A stretch of DNA of 64,000 nt from Candidatus Spongiisociaceae bacterium (GCA_965262915.1 OZ253564.1:4064001-4128000), one strand, 5' to 3'. Shown: positions 46,650 through 58,484, counted from the stretch's first letter. Notes: generated from the sequence alone by a model not told the origin. Made by a program: numbers and translations.

Positions 46650-47884
46650 TGAACCCCATCGACCTACCGTCATCTCCGCCGGGAAAAGGAGATGGCGAAC
46701 AGCCACCGGCGAACCGGGACGGCTCGCTTCGTCGGGGTAGCTCCATCGGGATAGCGCTCGCCTCCGCCCTGCTGGCCGCCGCAACCACCACCTGCATGCT
46801 CTGGCTGGCCGGGGCCTTCGACCTCAAGGTGATCCGGATCACCGAGATCGTCGAGAGGACGGAGGTCGTCCAGGTGCCGGCGTCGGTGGCGCCGCCCCCG
46901 CACCTAGAGGAGGCACCCTCACCACCGCTCCCCGAACCTCCCCCCGAAACCACGGTCCCGCTCTTCGCCCCCACCAACCTGGTAGCCGTCGTAGCCACCC
47001 GTGCCATCCCCTCAATCGTCACCGTCCAGACCTTCGACGAGGAGTTCGGACGTCTCGCATCCGGGAGCGGGGTGATCATCAGCCCGGACGGATTCATCGT
47101 CACGAACGACCACGTGGTGGAGGACGCGGACACCCTCAAAATCGTGATGTCCGACGGGCTGAGCTATCCGGCCGAGTTGGTGGGCACGGACCCGCTCATG
47201 GACATCGCGGTCCTCAAGGTGGAAGCCCGGCAACTGGTGGCGATCGAGTTCGCCTCCATGGAAGGCGTGCAGACCGGAGAACCCGCCATCGCGGTGGGAA
47301 ACCCGCTCGGTCTCGACGGTGGCCCATCGGTCACCGCCGGAGTCATCTCGGCATTCAACCGGACCCTGGTCACCGACTTCGTCACCGGCCAGAGCCTGTA
47401 CGGGCTCCTGCAGACCGACGCGCCGATCACCCGAGGCTCCAGTGGGGGGGCCCTCCTGGATGTTCACGGCCGGCTGCTCGGAATCACCACCGCCATCGGG
47501 CTCAGCGACGTGGGGGCCGAGGGTCTCGGTTTCGCGGTTCCCGTCAACCTGGTCGAAGGAATCGTCAACGATCTCATGGCCGAGGGCGAGGTTCGCCATG
47601 CCTTCCTGGGTATCAGGGGCAGTTCGGCCTTCACCGAGCGGGAGGACGGCGCCGAGTCCCCGCTCGGAGTGGAGATAATCCTCCTGGACGACTCGGCCAT
47701 CGGGGACGCCGGAGCCGAGGACGGGGACGTGATAGTGGCCTTGGACGGCCGGCCCGTGAGGTCGATGCCGCTACTGGTAGCCCGGCTGAGAAGCTACCGA
47801 GCCGGGGACCCGGTCAAGGTGACAATGGACCGCGCCGGGCGGACCGTCGAGATCGACATGGTGCTCGACCAGTATCCCTCGTGA
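46649..47884 (+). CDS. HtrA/DegP-like serine protease with PDZ domain
   Basis: TM, GSGVII, TNDHVV, DIAVLK, QTDAPITRGSSGG, GFAVP, PDZ. Confidence 0.92.
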   Translation: MNPIDLPSSPPGKGDGEQPPANRDGSLRRGSSIGIALASALLAAATTTCMLWLAGAFDLKVIRITEIVERTEVVQVPASVAPPPHLEEAPSPPLPEPPPETTVPLFAPTNLVAVVATRAIPSIVTVQTFDEEFGRLASGSGVIISPDGFIVTNDHVVEDADTLKIVMSDGLSYPAELVGTDPLMDIAVLKVEARQLVAIEFASMEGVQTGEPAIAVGNPLGLDGGPSVTAGVISAFNRTLVTDFVTGQSLYGLLQTDAPITRGSSGGALLDVHGRLLGITTAIGLSDVGAEGLGFAVPVNLVEGIVNDLMAEGEVRHAFLGIRGSSAFTEREDGAESPLGVEIILLDDSAIGDAGAEDGDVIVALDGRPVRSMPLLVARLRSYRAGDPVKVTMDRAGRTVEIDMVLDQYPS

Positions 47885-47937
47885 TGCTCTCCGGCCGGGC
47901 GTCGGATAGGCTGACCCCAACCTGAGGGGACTCCACC

Positions 47938-49020
47938 ATGCCGGACCGCAACCTTCTCGACGAGTTGATGAAGCTCCTGAACCAACCGGGCCCCGTCAAC
48001 TGGGCATTGGCCGGCCAAGTGGCCGGCCATCTGGCCGGATCGGCCCAGCCGATCGACCCGTGGCTGGCGGACGAGTACCGCGAGCTGACCCGGCTCGCCC
48101 AGCACCAGATCCCCAGAACGACCGGCCTCCCATCCGATCCGATGATCGAAGCGGTGCTAGTGGATCGAGCCGGATGGACCGAGCATCACCTCCGGTCCTT
48201 CCACTACCTGGTGGACCCTCTGGCAGCGAAACTGACCGCCGGGCCGGGCACGGGTCCCCTGGATGCCATCCTCAGGCAGTTGGGACCCGCGCTGGTGGGG
48301 ATGCAGATGGGCGCCATGGTGGGCATGATGAGCGAGGGCGTTCTCGGGATGTTCGATGCCGGTCTGCCGGGGTCACGGACGGGACTTACCCTCCTGGTAC
48401 CCAACATCGAGACCTTCTCAGCGGAGCACGGACTCGATCCCCGTCAGGTCAGGTTGTGGGCGGCGCTGCACGAAGTAGCCCATGGGGCGCTGATCGGCCG
48501 CTCCTGGGTGCGACCTCATGTACAGGAGCTGTTCGACGATCTGATCGGCTCGATGGATCTGGAGATGATGGCGGACTGGCAGGAGGATCTGACAGACCCC
48601 GCCAAGCTCGAGGCGAGGCTCGCCCAAGGCGGTGGTTTCGGTGGCCTGTTCGGCGGCTCCGTCGAGGACGATCGCCGAGAAGCCATCCGGACGTTGATGA
48701 CGATGCTGGAAGGATACGGCTCGTATCTCGTGGACCGGGCCGCTGCGGGGCTGTTGCCGGATATCCGGTCGGTCCGGGCCGCAATGTCCTCTCGCCAAAA
48801 GGGCCACCTAACGGGCCTCGGGAGCCTGTTCGAGATAGAGACCGCAGCCGGCGAGTACGGACGGGGTGGCGCCTTCTGCGCCGAGGTGGGGGAACGGTGG
48901 GGCTACCCGGCGGTCCAGCGAGTGTGGGAGCGGGAGGAGAACCTCCCATCGTCCCGGGAGATGGACGACGTGACAGGATGGGCGGCTCGCGTGCTGCTGG
49001 AAGACCCCTTCGGCCAGTGA
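47938..49020 (+). CDS. Zincin-like metalloprotease (DUF2342/Zincin_2)
   Basis: GPVNW, LLVPNIE, WAALHEVAH, MTMLEGY, ENLPS. Confidence 0.85.
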   Translation: MPDRNLLDELMKLLNQPGPVNWALAGQVAGHLAGSAQPIDPWLADEYRELTRLAQHQIPRTTGLPSDPMIEAVLVDRAGWTEHHLRSFHYLVDPLAAKLTAGPGTGPLDAILRQLGPALVGMQMGAMVGMMSEGVLGMFDAGLPGSRTGLTLLVPNIETFSAEHGLDPRQVRLWAALHEVAHGALIGRSWVRPHVQELFDDLIGSMDLEMMADWQEDLTDPAKLEARLAQGGGFGGLFGGSVEDDRREAIRTLMTMLEGYGSYLVDRAAAGLLPDIRSVRAAMSSRQKGHLTGLGSLFEIETAAGEYGRGGAFCAEVGERWGYPAVQRVWEREENLPSSREMDDVTGWAARVLLEDPFGQ

Positions 49021-49064
49021 ACGCACCCGCCCGGAAGGGATCGCAGGTGCGACTCGAAGACTAG

Positions 49065-49362
49065 TGGTCTGTCTGCAGAATGGTGGTGTGGCATACGCCG
49101 GCAGCGGCGTTCCTCGCAAGGCCCACCGACGAAGGCGTACCCGCAGCGGTACGTAGAGGAGGCGGAACGCAGCGAGGGGCGTCGATGGCAAGCAGGGCAC
49201 GCCGAATCATTTTGCAGGGAGACCACCCAACGTCTGTCTGCAGAATGGTGGTGTGGCATGCGCCAGCAGCGGCGTTCCTCGCAAGGCCCGCCGACGAAGG
49301 CGTACCGCCGCGGTTACATCAAGGGCACGCAGGGCGCGGCGAGTTGTTTTGCAGCCTGACCA
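49065..49362. repeat. MITE-like family A, two tandem copies bounded by CTAG
   Basis: Copies begin 49065 and 49232 (GTCTGTCTGCAGAATGGTGGTGTGGCAT...); terminal IR TGGTCTGTCTGCAGAATG / CATTTTGCAGGGAGACCA; CTAG at 49061-49064 and 49363-49366. Confidence 0.75.
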
Positions 49363-49365
49363 CTA

Positions 49366-49487
49366 GGAGGGTGCTGAAACACGAAACACGAAACACGAAA
49401 CACGGTGATAGCGGTTGGCCCTCCGTCCGCTGACCTGGCATTCTGGCATCGACCGTCAGACCAACGGGAGGTTTCTCGACACCCTCC
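49366..49487. repeat. MITE-like family B copy with internal (GAAACAC)4 expansion
   Basis: GGAGGGTG...CACCCTCC ends, CTAG/CTAA flanks, core similar to 59764-59851. Confidence 0.8.
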
Positions 49488-49518
49488 TAAGTCCTCGGCC
49501 GAAGAGAACGTCCTGGTT

Positions 49519-49740
49519 TCAGGTCTCCGTACTGGTGGTCGTGGTCGCCTGGGCGGTGGCCGTCACCTGACCGGTGGAACCGTCCGCCTTGTCTCCGGTC
49601 CGGCCCTCCTCGACTCCCTTGCGGAACTCGCGGGCCGAACTGCCCAGTGAACGGGCCAACTCGGGAAGCTTCTTGGCTCCGAAGAGCATGATCACAACTA
49701 CGAGAATGATGATTATCTCGCCGCCGCCGATCTTAGGCAT
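49519..49740 (-). CDS. tatA: Twin-arginine translocase TatA/E subunit
   Basis: GEIIIILVVVIMLFGAKKLPELARSLG...EFRKG. Confidence 0.95.
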   Translation of the reverse strand: MPKIGGGEIIIILVVVIMLFGAKKLPELARSLGSSAREFRKGVEEGRTGDKADGSTGQVTATAQATTTTSTET

Positions 49741-49836
49741 CAGTCGTCCTCCCTTCCTCGCAGGTCGGATGATACCACCACTGCCGACGTTCCGACCACA
49801 AGATTCCGCGACCGGCCGTGATGACCGTTTCCCGGG

Positions 49837-51198
49837 TCACACGCCCGACCAGGTCTCCCAGGCGGCGATGGCCTCCTCAATCTCGTCGATGGTGGCACCC
49901 AGCTTCTCGGCCGCCATCTCGATCACCTCGTCCTCGGACGGCGGATCGTCGGAATCGACGAGGGTCTCACGGTAATCCGTGTAAGCCCAGTACAACCCCA
50001 CCTGGGCGTCGGTGGGAAGCAAGGACCAGTCCTTCTCGATCGTGCGGTCTACGGTCTCGTGCTGCGAATAGTCGCCCTTCTCCACCTCCCCGGCCCTGGT
50101 CCAGTCACCGAACGGGGCGCGGATCCATGTACCGAGGGTGGCGATTCCCTCCGGGAAATGGACGAAGTCGATGAGGAGAGCCTGGTATTCCTGGGCCACC
50201 TGGTATTCGAATTCCAGCCGCTCCCCGATCTGGGCCAACTCGGACTTAGTAGCGCCTGCGTCAACCCGAACGGTCAGCCAGGTCCTCACGGCGCCCTGGG
50301 AAGTGGCATCCACGTCGGACAGGACTCGGTAACCGACATCGGGTTGCGGCGGAACCGTCGACGGCTGGGTCGTGTCGGGGGCCTCGGTCGTGGTGGTGGT
50401 CTCGGCCTCGGTCGTGGTGGTCGTGTCGGCCTCGGTCGTGGTGGTCGTGTCGGCCTCGGTCGTGGGGGTTGTGGTGGCCCGAGCTGTCGTGGTGGTCGCA
50501 GCCGTCGTACTGGTGGTGGCCGTCGTGGTAGTACTTCGCTGCGAGAATCCGCCGCCCACGCCGATGATCTCCACGATCCGGTCGATCGCGTCGTTGAAGC
50601 GGTCGTAGGCTACGAGAAACTCCGCGAACGCGGCACGGCGCCGTTCTCCGGTGTCGGGCGAGCGCAAGCCTGCCAGGGCCTCCACGGCCGCATCCGCCAT
50701 CTCGCCGGCCGCAACCCAGGCGGTCTGGTGTTCCACCGGCAGCCCCCGCTGCGGCGGAGGCTCGATGAATCCCCAGTCATCGCGCAGATTCCGCGCCCTG
50801 TTCGCCACATCCTCCAACGCCACTTCGGTGTCCCCGTAGGTGGGTGAATTCGCAATCTCCCGCCGGTTGTCCCAGTCGTTGTTGGCCTTCCTCATGTCCA
50901 CCACCAACTCACCCATCCGGACAGTCAGATCCCGCACTTCCTCGAAATACGCGAGAACCGCTGCACTCGGAAACGGCTCCGTCGTCGAAGTGGTCGTGGA
51001 CGGTTCGGAGGTCGTCGGCACGGCTCCCGAGGTGCTGGTCGTGGTAACCGTGGCCGGGCTGGTCGTTGCAGTCGATGTGGTCTCCTCGGGCACCTCCTCG
51101 GCATCGCCCGAGCACGACGCAACCGGTACAGCCACCATCAGGACAACGAGCACGACCGCCCAGCGGCGGGCGGCGGAAGGAAGGAGCTTCATAATCAT
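49837..51198 (-). CDS. Hypothetical lipoprotein with Thr-rich linkers
   Basis: Lipobox VPVASC; helical domain; (TTTTTEAD)-type 24-bp repeats at about 50380-50466; unrecognised C-terminal domain. Confidence 0.75.
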   Translation of the reverse strand: MIMKLLPSAARRWAVVLVVLMVAVPVASCSGDAEEVPEETTSTATTSPATVTTTSTSGAVPTTSEPSTTTSTTEPFPSAAVLAYFEEVRDLTVRMGELVVDMRKANNDWDNRREIANSPTYGDTEVALEDVANRARNLRDDWGFIEPPPQRGLPVEHQTAWVAAGEMADAAVEALAGLRSPDTGERRRAAFAEFLVAYDRFNDAIDRIVEIIGVGGGFSQRSTTTTATTSTTAATTTTARATTTPTTEADTTTTTEADTTTTTEAETTTTTEAPDTTQPSTVPPQPDVGYRVLSDVDATSQGAVRTWLTVRVDAGATKSELAQIGERLEFEYQVAQEYQALLIDFVHFPEGIATLGTWIRAPFGDWTRAGEVEKGDYSQHETVDRTIEKDWSLLPTDAQVGLYWAYTDYRETLVDSDDPPSEDEVIEMAAEKLGATIDEIEEAIAAWETWSGV

Positions 51199-51243
51199 CA
51201 GGACCTCACTGTACCCACCTTGGACGAGGAAGGCACACGAGGA

Positions 51244-51552
51244 TCAGGAAACCGCTCGTTCGAGCGCTTCCATGGCTCGCTGCTTTCGAATCTTTCTCCG
51301 CTCCCGCTCGGACAAGCCGCCCCAGATTCCGAACTTCTCACTCCGTGTCACGGCAAATTCGAGGCAATCGATCCTTACCTGGCAAGCTGCGCAGATCTGT
51401 TTGGCGACCCTGGTGGACGCCCCCCGGTCAGGAAAGAAGAGGTCCTCGTTGGCACCTAGGCAATTTGCATAGTCCTTCCACCCGAGGGGTTCGATCGCCA
51501 GAGCCTCTATCAGGTCGCGGTGCAACGGGCCATCTCCACTACAAGCGTGCAA
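51244..51552 (-). CDS. whiB: WhiB-family Fe-S transcription factor (WhiB/WhiB2-like; start uncertain)
   Basis: W..ANC...LFFP...ICAACQVRIDC...FGIWGGLSERER. Confidence 0.93.
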   Translation of the reverse strand: MHACSGDGPLHRDLIEALAIEPLGWKDYANCLGANEDLFFPDRGASTRVAKQICAACQVRIDCLEFAVTRSEKFGIWGGLSERERRKIRKQRAMEALERAVS

Positions 51553-51666
51553 TTACGTGAATGTAATCTTGCTCCATGGCTAGCGCGTTGTCAAATTGCG
51601 TGAGGCTGCGTCTGCTGACACGGGCGGGGTCGGTAGCCGAGGATCCGAGTCTGTAAACTGCGGCCC

Positions 51667-52410
51667 ATGTTGGCTACCAGGAGCGCCAAGCGAGGGAGGG
51701 CCGGTCGGCTGTCGTGGTTAGGCGGTATCTACCGCACCGATACCGGCAAGAAGTACGCTATGGCGATAAGCGGCGTGGCACTGCTCCTGTTCGTGCTCGG
51801 GCACATGATCGGCAACCTCCACGTATTCGAGGGGGCGCACGGGGGTGTGTTCCGGATCGACGAGTACGGCGAAGGGCTCCGGGACCTCGGCCGGCCGCTT
51901 TTCCCGCGGACGCTGATCCTCTGGGGGCTGTTCCGCGTGCCGCTCGCCGCCGCGTTCGCCATCCATATCCACGCCGCGTGGGCGCTGACCCGCAGCAACC
52001 GGGCGGCCCGTGCTACGAAGTACCAGTCGCCCAGGAGCTACCTGGCCGCCAACTACGCCAGCCGCACCATGCGATGGAGCGGGATAATCGTGCTGCTGTT
52101 CCTTATCTGGCACCTGGCCGACCTGACGATCGGGGTGGAAGCCGTGAACCCGGACTTCGAGCGAGGGATGGTCTACCACAACCTGGTGTCCAGCCTGAGC
52201 CGGTGGCCCGTGTGGATCTTCTACGTCGCGGCCCAGGTAGCCCTCGCCTTCCATATATGGCACGGCGCGTGGAGCCTCTTCCAGAGCCTCGGCATCAACA
52301 ATCCTCGCTTCAACCGCTTCCGCAGGATCTTCGCCAACTTCTTCTCGACCGTGGTGGTCGCCGGGTTCATCTCGGTTCCCCTCGGCGTGGCCTTCGACGT
52401 GATCCGGTAG
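51667..52410 (+). CDS. sdhC: Succinate dehydrogenase cytochrome b subunit
   Basis: [39 protein letters not shown]; -10 TAAACT 7 nt before ATG. Confidence 0.93.
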   Translation: MLATRSAKRGRAGRLSWLGGIYRTDTGKKYAMAISGVALLLFVLGHMIGNLHVFEGAHGGVFRIDEYGEGLRDLGRPLFPRTLILWGLFRVPLAAAFAIHIHAAWALTRSNRAARATKYQSPRSYLAANYASRTMRWSGIIVLLFLIWHLADLTIGVEAVNPDFERGMVYHNLVSSLSRWPVWIFYVAAQVALAFHIWHGAWSLFQSLGINNPRFNRFRRIFANFFSTVVVAGFISVPLGVAFDVIR

Positions 52411-52418
52411 CAGGACTG

Positions 52419-54341
52419 ATGGAGATGCAGGTACTCGACGCCAGAATCCCGGCCGGACCGATACACCAACGTTGGGACAACCACAAGTTCTCCATGCGCC
52501 TCGTCAACCCGGCCAACAAGCGCCGGTTCACGATCATCGTGGTCGGGACCGGACTGGCCGGCGCCTCGGCCGCCGCGACCCTCGGCGAACTCGGCTACCG
52601 GGTCAAGGCATTCACGTACCACGACTCGGCCCGGAGGGCCCACTCGATCGCCGCCCAGGGAGGCATAAACGCCGCCAAGAACTACACCAACGACGGGGAC
52701 TCCGTATTCCGCCTGTTCTACGACACGGTGAAAGGAGGCGACTACCGGTCCCGCGAGTCGAACGTCTACCGGCTGGCGCAGTTGTCGCTGGAGATAATCG
52801 ACCAGTGCACGGCCCAGGGTGTCCCCTTCGCCCGGGAGTATGGGGGTCTGCTGGCCAACCGCTCCTTCGGCGGCTCCCAGGTCTCCCGGACCTTCTACGC
52901 GAGGGGACAAACCGGCCAACAACTGCTCCTGGGGGCCTACCAGGCCATGATGCGTCAGGTGAATCTGGGCACGGTCGAGTTGTACGGACAGACCGAGATG
53001 CTGGACGTGGTCGTCAAGGACAGAAGGGCGGTGGGTATCGTCACCCGCGACCTCGTCAGCGGCGACATCAGGTCGCACTCCGGACACGCGGTGATCCTGG
53101 CGACGGGTGGTTACAGCAACGTCTACTACCTCTCCACCAACGCGATGAAGTGCAACGTGACCGGCATCTGGCGGGCTCATCGCAAGGGCGCCCTCTTCGC
53201 CAATCCCTGCTACACCCAGATCCATCCCACCTGCATCCCCGCCTCCGACGAGTTCCAGTCCAAGCTGACGTTGATGTCGGAGTCCCTGCGCAACGACGGG
53301 CGTATATGGGTGCCGGCTCGGCCCCGCGACATCCGTGCGCCCGGCGACATCCCCGAGAGCGAACGGGACTACTACCTGGAGAGGCGCTACCCGGCGTTCG
53401 GGAACCTGGTGCCGCGCGACGTGGCGTCGAGAGCGGCCAAGCTGGAGGTGGACCGGATGAAAGGAGTCGGTCCGCTGAGCAACGGCGTCTACCTGGACTT
53501 CGAGGAACCCATTGGCCGGCTGGGTGAGGCAGCGGTCCGGGAACGCTACGGCAACCTCTTCGACATGTACCAGAGAATCACCGGCGAGAACCCGTATGAG
53601 TTGCCGATGCGTATCTACCCGGCCGTCCACTACACGATGGGCGGTCTGTGGGTGGACTACAACCTGATGACCACCATTCCGGGCCTCTACGCGCTCGGCG
53701 AGGCCAATTTCTCCGATCACGGGGCCAACCGCCTCGGCGCGTCGGCTCTGATGCAGGGCTTGGCGGATGGCTACTTCGTCGTTCCGTACACGATCGCCGA
53801 CTACCTGGCCCCTCTCCTGGGAGAGCAGGTAATACCCACAGACGATCCCGCGTTCCGGGATGCCGAGGCAGCCCTCGTGGACGATACCGAACGCTACCTC
53901 TCGATCGGAGGCGGCCGCTCGGTGGACTGGTTCCATAGGGAGTTGGGCAAGATCGTGTGGGAACACTGCGGTATGGAGCGGAACGCGCAGGGGCTCCGGC
54001 AGGCCCGCTCGGAGATCGAGGGCCTCAAGGACGAGTTCGACCGTGACCTCCGGGTTCTTGGGGACAGCAGTTCGCTCAACCAGTCTCTGGAGAAGGCGGC
54101 CCGGGTCAACGACTTCTTCGAGTTGGCCGCGCTCATGTGTCGGGATGCCCTCGACCGGGAGGAATCGTGCGGAGGGCACTTCCGTGTGGAGCACCGGAGC
54201 GCAGACGGTGAGGCTCTGCGGGACGACGAGAACTTTACATACGTGGCGGCCTGGGATTGGGCCGGGGGAGGCGTCCCGACCATGCACCGGGAGGACCTGC
54301 AGTTCGAGTGCGTCGAGCCGAGCCGGCGCAGCTACAAGTAG
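52419..54341 (+). CDS. sdhA: Succinate dehydrogenase flavoprotein subunit
   Basis: [34 protein letters not shown]. Confidence 0.96.
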   Translation: MEMQVLDARIPAGPIHQRWDNHKFSMRLVNPANKRRFTIIVVGTGLAGASAAATLGELGYRVKAFTYHDSARRAHSIAAQGGINAAKNYTNDGDSVFRLFYDTVKGGDYRSRESNVYRLAQLSLEIIDQCTAQGVPFAREYGGLLANRSFGGSQVSRTFYARGQTGQQLLLGAYQAMMRQVNLGTVELYGQTEMLDVVVKDRRAVGIVTRDLVSGDIRSHSGHAVILATGGYSNVYYLSTNAMKCNVTGIWRAHRKGALFANPCYTQIHPTCIPASDEFQSKLTLMSESLRNDGRIWVPARPRDIRAPGDIPESERDYYLERRYPAFGNLVPRDVASRAAKLEVDRMKGVGPLSNGVYLDFEEPIGRLGEAAVRERYGNLFDMYQRITGENPYELPMRIYPAVHYTMGGLWVDYNLMTTIPGLYALGEANFSDHGANRLGASALMQGLADGYFVVPYTIADYLAPLLGEQVIPTDDPAFRDAEAALVDDTERYLSIGGGRSVDWFHRELGKIVWEHCGMERNAQGLRQARSEIEGLKDEFDRDLRVLGDSSSLNQSLEKAARVNDFFELAALMCRDALDREESCGGHFRVEHRSADGEALRDDENFTYVAAWDWAGGGVPTMHREDLQFECVEPSRRSYK

Positions 54342-54349
54342 GGAGTCAC

Positions 54350-55111
54350 ATGGATCTGACGTTGAGGGTATGGCGGCAGGAGGGTCCCGATGCCGAAGGC
54401 CGGTTCGAGACCTACGAGGCGGCCGGTGTCAGCGAGGACATGTCGTTCCTCGAGATGCTGGACATCGTGAACGAACGGCTCGTGATGGCAGGACGCGAAC
54501 CGTTCGCCTTCGACCACGACTGCCGGGAGGGAATCTGCGGTACCTGCGGGCTGATGATCAACGGTCGCGCCCATGGACCCCAGGCCAGTACCGCCACCTG
54601 CCAGTTGCACATGCGCGAGTTCTCGGACGGTGACACGATCGTGATCGAACCGTGGCGGGCCACCGCCTTTCCCATCATCCGGGATCTGGTCGTGGATCGG
54701 TCCCCCCTCGACCGGATCATCGAAGCGGGCGGCTATATCACGGTGCCCACCGGATCGGCGCCCGAGGCCAACCTGATCCCGGTCCCGAAGGAGGCCGCGG
54801 ACGCCGCGATGGATGCCGCCGCCTGCATCGGATGCGCGGCGTGCGTGGCCGCCTGTCCCAACGGGGCCGCCCAATTGTTCACGGCCGCCAAGGTGGCCCA
54901 CCTGAACCTCCTCCCCCAAGGCCGGCCCGAGCGATGGCGGCGTGTCGAGAGGATGGTGGAGACCATGGAGGAGTACTTCGGCTCCTGCACCAACCACGGC
55001 GAGTGCGAGAAGGCCTGCCCCAAAGACATCTCCCTTGACAACATCGCCATCATGAACCGCGATTACCTCCAGGCGAAGTTCCGCAACCGCAAGTTGGCGG
55101 GGCAGCGTTAG
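54350..55111 (+). CDS. sdhB: Succinate dehydrogenase iron-sulfur subunit
   Basis: [32 protein letters not shown]. Confidence 0.96.
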   Translation: MDLTLRVWRQEGPDAEGRFETYEAAGVSEDMSFLEMLDIVNERLVMAGREPFAFDHDCREGICGTCGLMINGRAHGPQASTATCQLHMREFSDGDTIVIEPWRATAFPIIRDLVVDRSPLDRIIEAGGYITVPTGSAPEANLIPVPKEAADAAMDAAACIGCAACVAACPNGAAQLFTAAKVAHLNLLPQGRPERWRRVERMVETMEEYFGSCTNHGECEKACPKDISLDNIAIMNRDYLQAKFRNRKLAGQR

Positions 55112-55177
55112 TTCGGTTGGGCTCTTGGTAATGTCGGGGTCGCCGTTCGCAAGGCCGTCGACCAAGGAGTCTCTCTC

Positions 55178-55567
55178 ATGGGCGCCAAGTTCCTCACCTC
55201 CGAGTGGGCACGGGCCGCCAGCAGTGCCCTCGCGCAGCACGCAGGGTTCTCCTCCGCCATCGAAGGGGTCGGGGTCTCCCTCCAGTTCGGGGTGACAGAC
55301 ACACCGCACGGGTCCGACAGCAGCTACTACGTCAAGGTGACCGACGGAACCGCCATCATCAAGATCGGCACCATCAGGAAAGCGGACGTCACGGTGAGCA
55401 CCGACTACGCGACCGCTGCGGCTATCTCCAGAGGTGACCAGAACATCCAGACGGCGTTCTTCAGCGGGAAGCTCAAGGTGGCCGGCAACCTCGCCAAACT
55501 GATGCTTCACCAAGCGGCTCTCGGTCATCTGGCGGACGCGGTCTCGACACTCGACGTGGATTACTGA
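55178..55567 (+). CDS. SCP2 sterol/lipid-binding domain protein
   Basis: KFLTSEW...AFFSGKLKVAGNLAKLM. Confidence 0.88.
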   Translation: MGAKFLTSEWARAASSALAQHAGFSSAIEGVGVSLQFGVTDTPHGSDSSYYVKVTDGTAIIKIGTIRKADVTVSTDYATAAAISRGDQNIQTAFFSGKLKVAGNLAKLMLHQAALGHLADAVSTLDVDY

Positions 55568-55617
55568 GGGTCGATAGCGCGAGAAGGCTCGGCGGGAGAT
55601 CGCTCCACACCCGGTTT

Positions 55618-55717
55618 GGAGGGTACTGACAAACGCCTCGTTCGCCCGCCGGTCAATGCGAGAATGCCACCTCGGCGGACGACGGGCCGGGCTCTTGCTC
55701 CGTTTTGGGCGCCCTCC
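55618..55717. repeat. MITE-like family B copy abutting the HU stop codon
   Basis: GGAGGGTAC...GGTCAATGCGAGAATGCCACCTCGGCGGACGACGGGCC...CGCCCTCCTAG. Confidence 0.75.
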
Positions 55718-55992
55718 TAGGAGTTCACGGAATCCTTGAGCGCCCGTGACGCCCGGAAGGCCGGCGCCTTGCCGGCCGGGATCTCGACAGCCTCCCCCGT
55801 GCGGGGGTTTCGACCGGTCCGAGCGCGGCGCTCACGCACGTCAAAGGTCCCGAAGCCGCTGATCTGAACCTTTGCCCCATCGTGGAGGGCTGCGGCGATC
55901 GTCTTGAAAACGGAGTCAACCCCTGCCGCGGCAACCGCCCTTGATACTCCCGCCTCGTAGGCAACTATGTCGGCTAGGTCTCGCTTGTTCAT
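55717..55992 (-). CDS. hup: HU-family DNA-binding protein
   Basis: MNKRDL...VQISGFGTF...ARTGRNPRTGE...PAFRAS. Confidence 0.95.
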   Translation of the reverse strand: MNKRDLADIVAYEAGVSRAVAAAGVDSVFKTIAAALHDGAKVQISGFGTFDVRERRARTGRNPRTGEAVEIPAGKAPAFRASRALKDSVNS

Positions 55993-56127
55993 CGAACTCC
56001 TCCATTGCGTACAGAAGGTCAAAGCCTCGGGAAACAACCGGGAAATTATACGCAAGCCTCTTCACGGAGCGGAGCATCCGGCTGGATCTCCGGAAGCCGG
56101 CACCATCCGGGGAACCGGTGGCGTGGC

Positions 56128-57081
56128 TCAGTCACCGGCCAGGGTGGCCAACTCGGCCACCTTGGCTCGCACCGCCGCGGCGGCTTCTCCGAGATCGTCC
56201 CGTTCGGCTTCCGTGAGGGGCAACTCGATGACTTCCTCCACGCCTCCCCCACCAAGCCGTGCAAGAACCCCCAGGTACACCCCGGATATTCCGTACTCAC
56301 CCGTCACCCAGGCGCACACCGGCGCCGTGTAGGGCTCGTCGTTGAGAACCGCCCTCGCCATAGCCGCCGCCGCCGAGGAAGGGGCGTAGTACGCGCTCCC
56401 GGTCTTGAGGAGGCCGACGATCTCCGCTCCCCCGTCTCGGGTACGCTCCACCAAGGCCGCTATCTCGTCCTCGGACAGGAGTTCGCTCAGTGGCGTGTCG
56501 CCGACGAAGCACTGGGACGGAACCGGAACCATCGTCTCGCCGTGGCTTCCGAGCGTGAGTGCCCTGACCGACAGCACGTCCGCATCCAGCCGCTCAGCGA
56601 TGAAGTGGGCGAAGCGGGACGAGTCCAGGATGCCTGCCTGACCCATCACCTTGCGGCGAGGCAGCCCGCTCACGTCGGCGGCGAGCTGGGTCATCTGGTC
56701 GAGAGGATTGGTGACCACGATGATCGTCACGTCGGGAGACCGCTCCACCAGTTCCTCGGTCACCTGCTTGACGATCCGGGCGTTGACGGCCAGCAGATCC
56801 ATCCGGGACATCCCCGGCTTGCGCGCCAGGCCGGCGCTGATGATGGCCACGTCGCTGCCCGCTGTCTGGTCGTAGTCGTTGGTCCCGATCACCCGTGTCC
56901 GGTAACCCTCGATCGGCCGCGACTGGTTCATGTCGAGTGCCAGACCCTGGGGCAGACCCTCCACGATGTCGGTCATCACCACTTCGTCGGCAATGTCCGA
57001 TCCGGCGAGCCGCTGCACGGCGGTAGAGCCGTACTTGCCGGCCCCGATCACCGTTATCTTCTTGAATCCTCCAGTTCCCAT
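56128..57081 (-). CDS. mdh: Malate dehydrogenase (LDH-like)
   Basis: GAGKYG, ARKPGMSRMDLL, TNPLD, LDSSRF, GSHG, GSAYYAP. Confidence 0.95.
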   Translation of the reverse strand: MGTGGFKKITVIGAGKYGSTAVQRLAGSDIADEVVMTDIVEGLPQGLALDMNQSRPIEGYRTRVIGTNDYDQTAGSDVAIISAGLARKPGMSRMDLLAVNARIVKQVTEELVERSPDVTIIVVTNPLDQMTQLAADVSGLPRRKVMGQAGILDSSRFAHFIAERLDADVLSVRALTLGSHGETMVPVPSQCFVGDTPLSELLSEDEIAALVERTRDGGAEIVGLLKTGSAYYAPSSAAAAMARAVLNDEPYTAPVCAWVTGEYGISGVYLGVLARLGGGGVEEVIELPLTEAERDDLGEAAAAVRAKVAELATLAGD

Positions 57082-57119
57082 GGCGCGTGCTCCCACTCCT
57101 CCCGGCGGTGGCGGCGATT

Positions 57120-58391
<1,272 letters not shown>

Positions 58392-58454
58392 GAAATCTCC
58401 TGTTTCTTCTTTACAGACCGCCGAGCCTAGGAGAGTGCTGAGCGATCCACCAGC

Positions 58455-58484
58455 GGCCCGCCACTCAACCTTGAGTGGCGGGCC
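58455..58484. promoter_or_regulatory. Perfect 14-bp inverted repeat upstream of icd
   Basis: GGCCCGCCACTCAA-CC-TTGAGTGGCGGGCC in the divergent icd/menC spacer. Confidence 0.55.

Noticed and set aside
49061-49490. CRISPR array
   Set aside because: Units are over 100 bp with no unique equal-length spacers; no cas genes in the window
17796-54287. Long antisense and alternative-frame ORFs (e.g. 17796-19775, 29098-31590, 52221-54287)
   Set aside because: They shadow well-supported genes and are expected in high-GC DNA; no protein motifs
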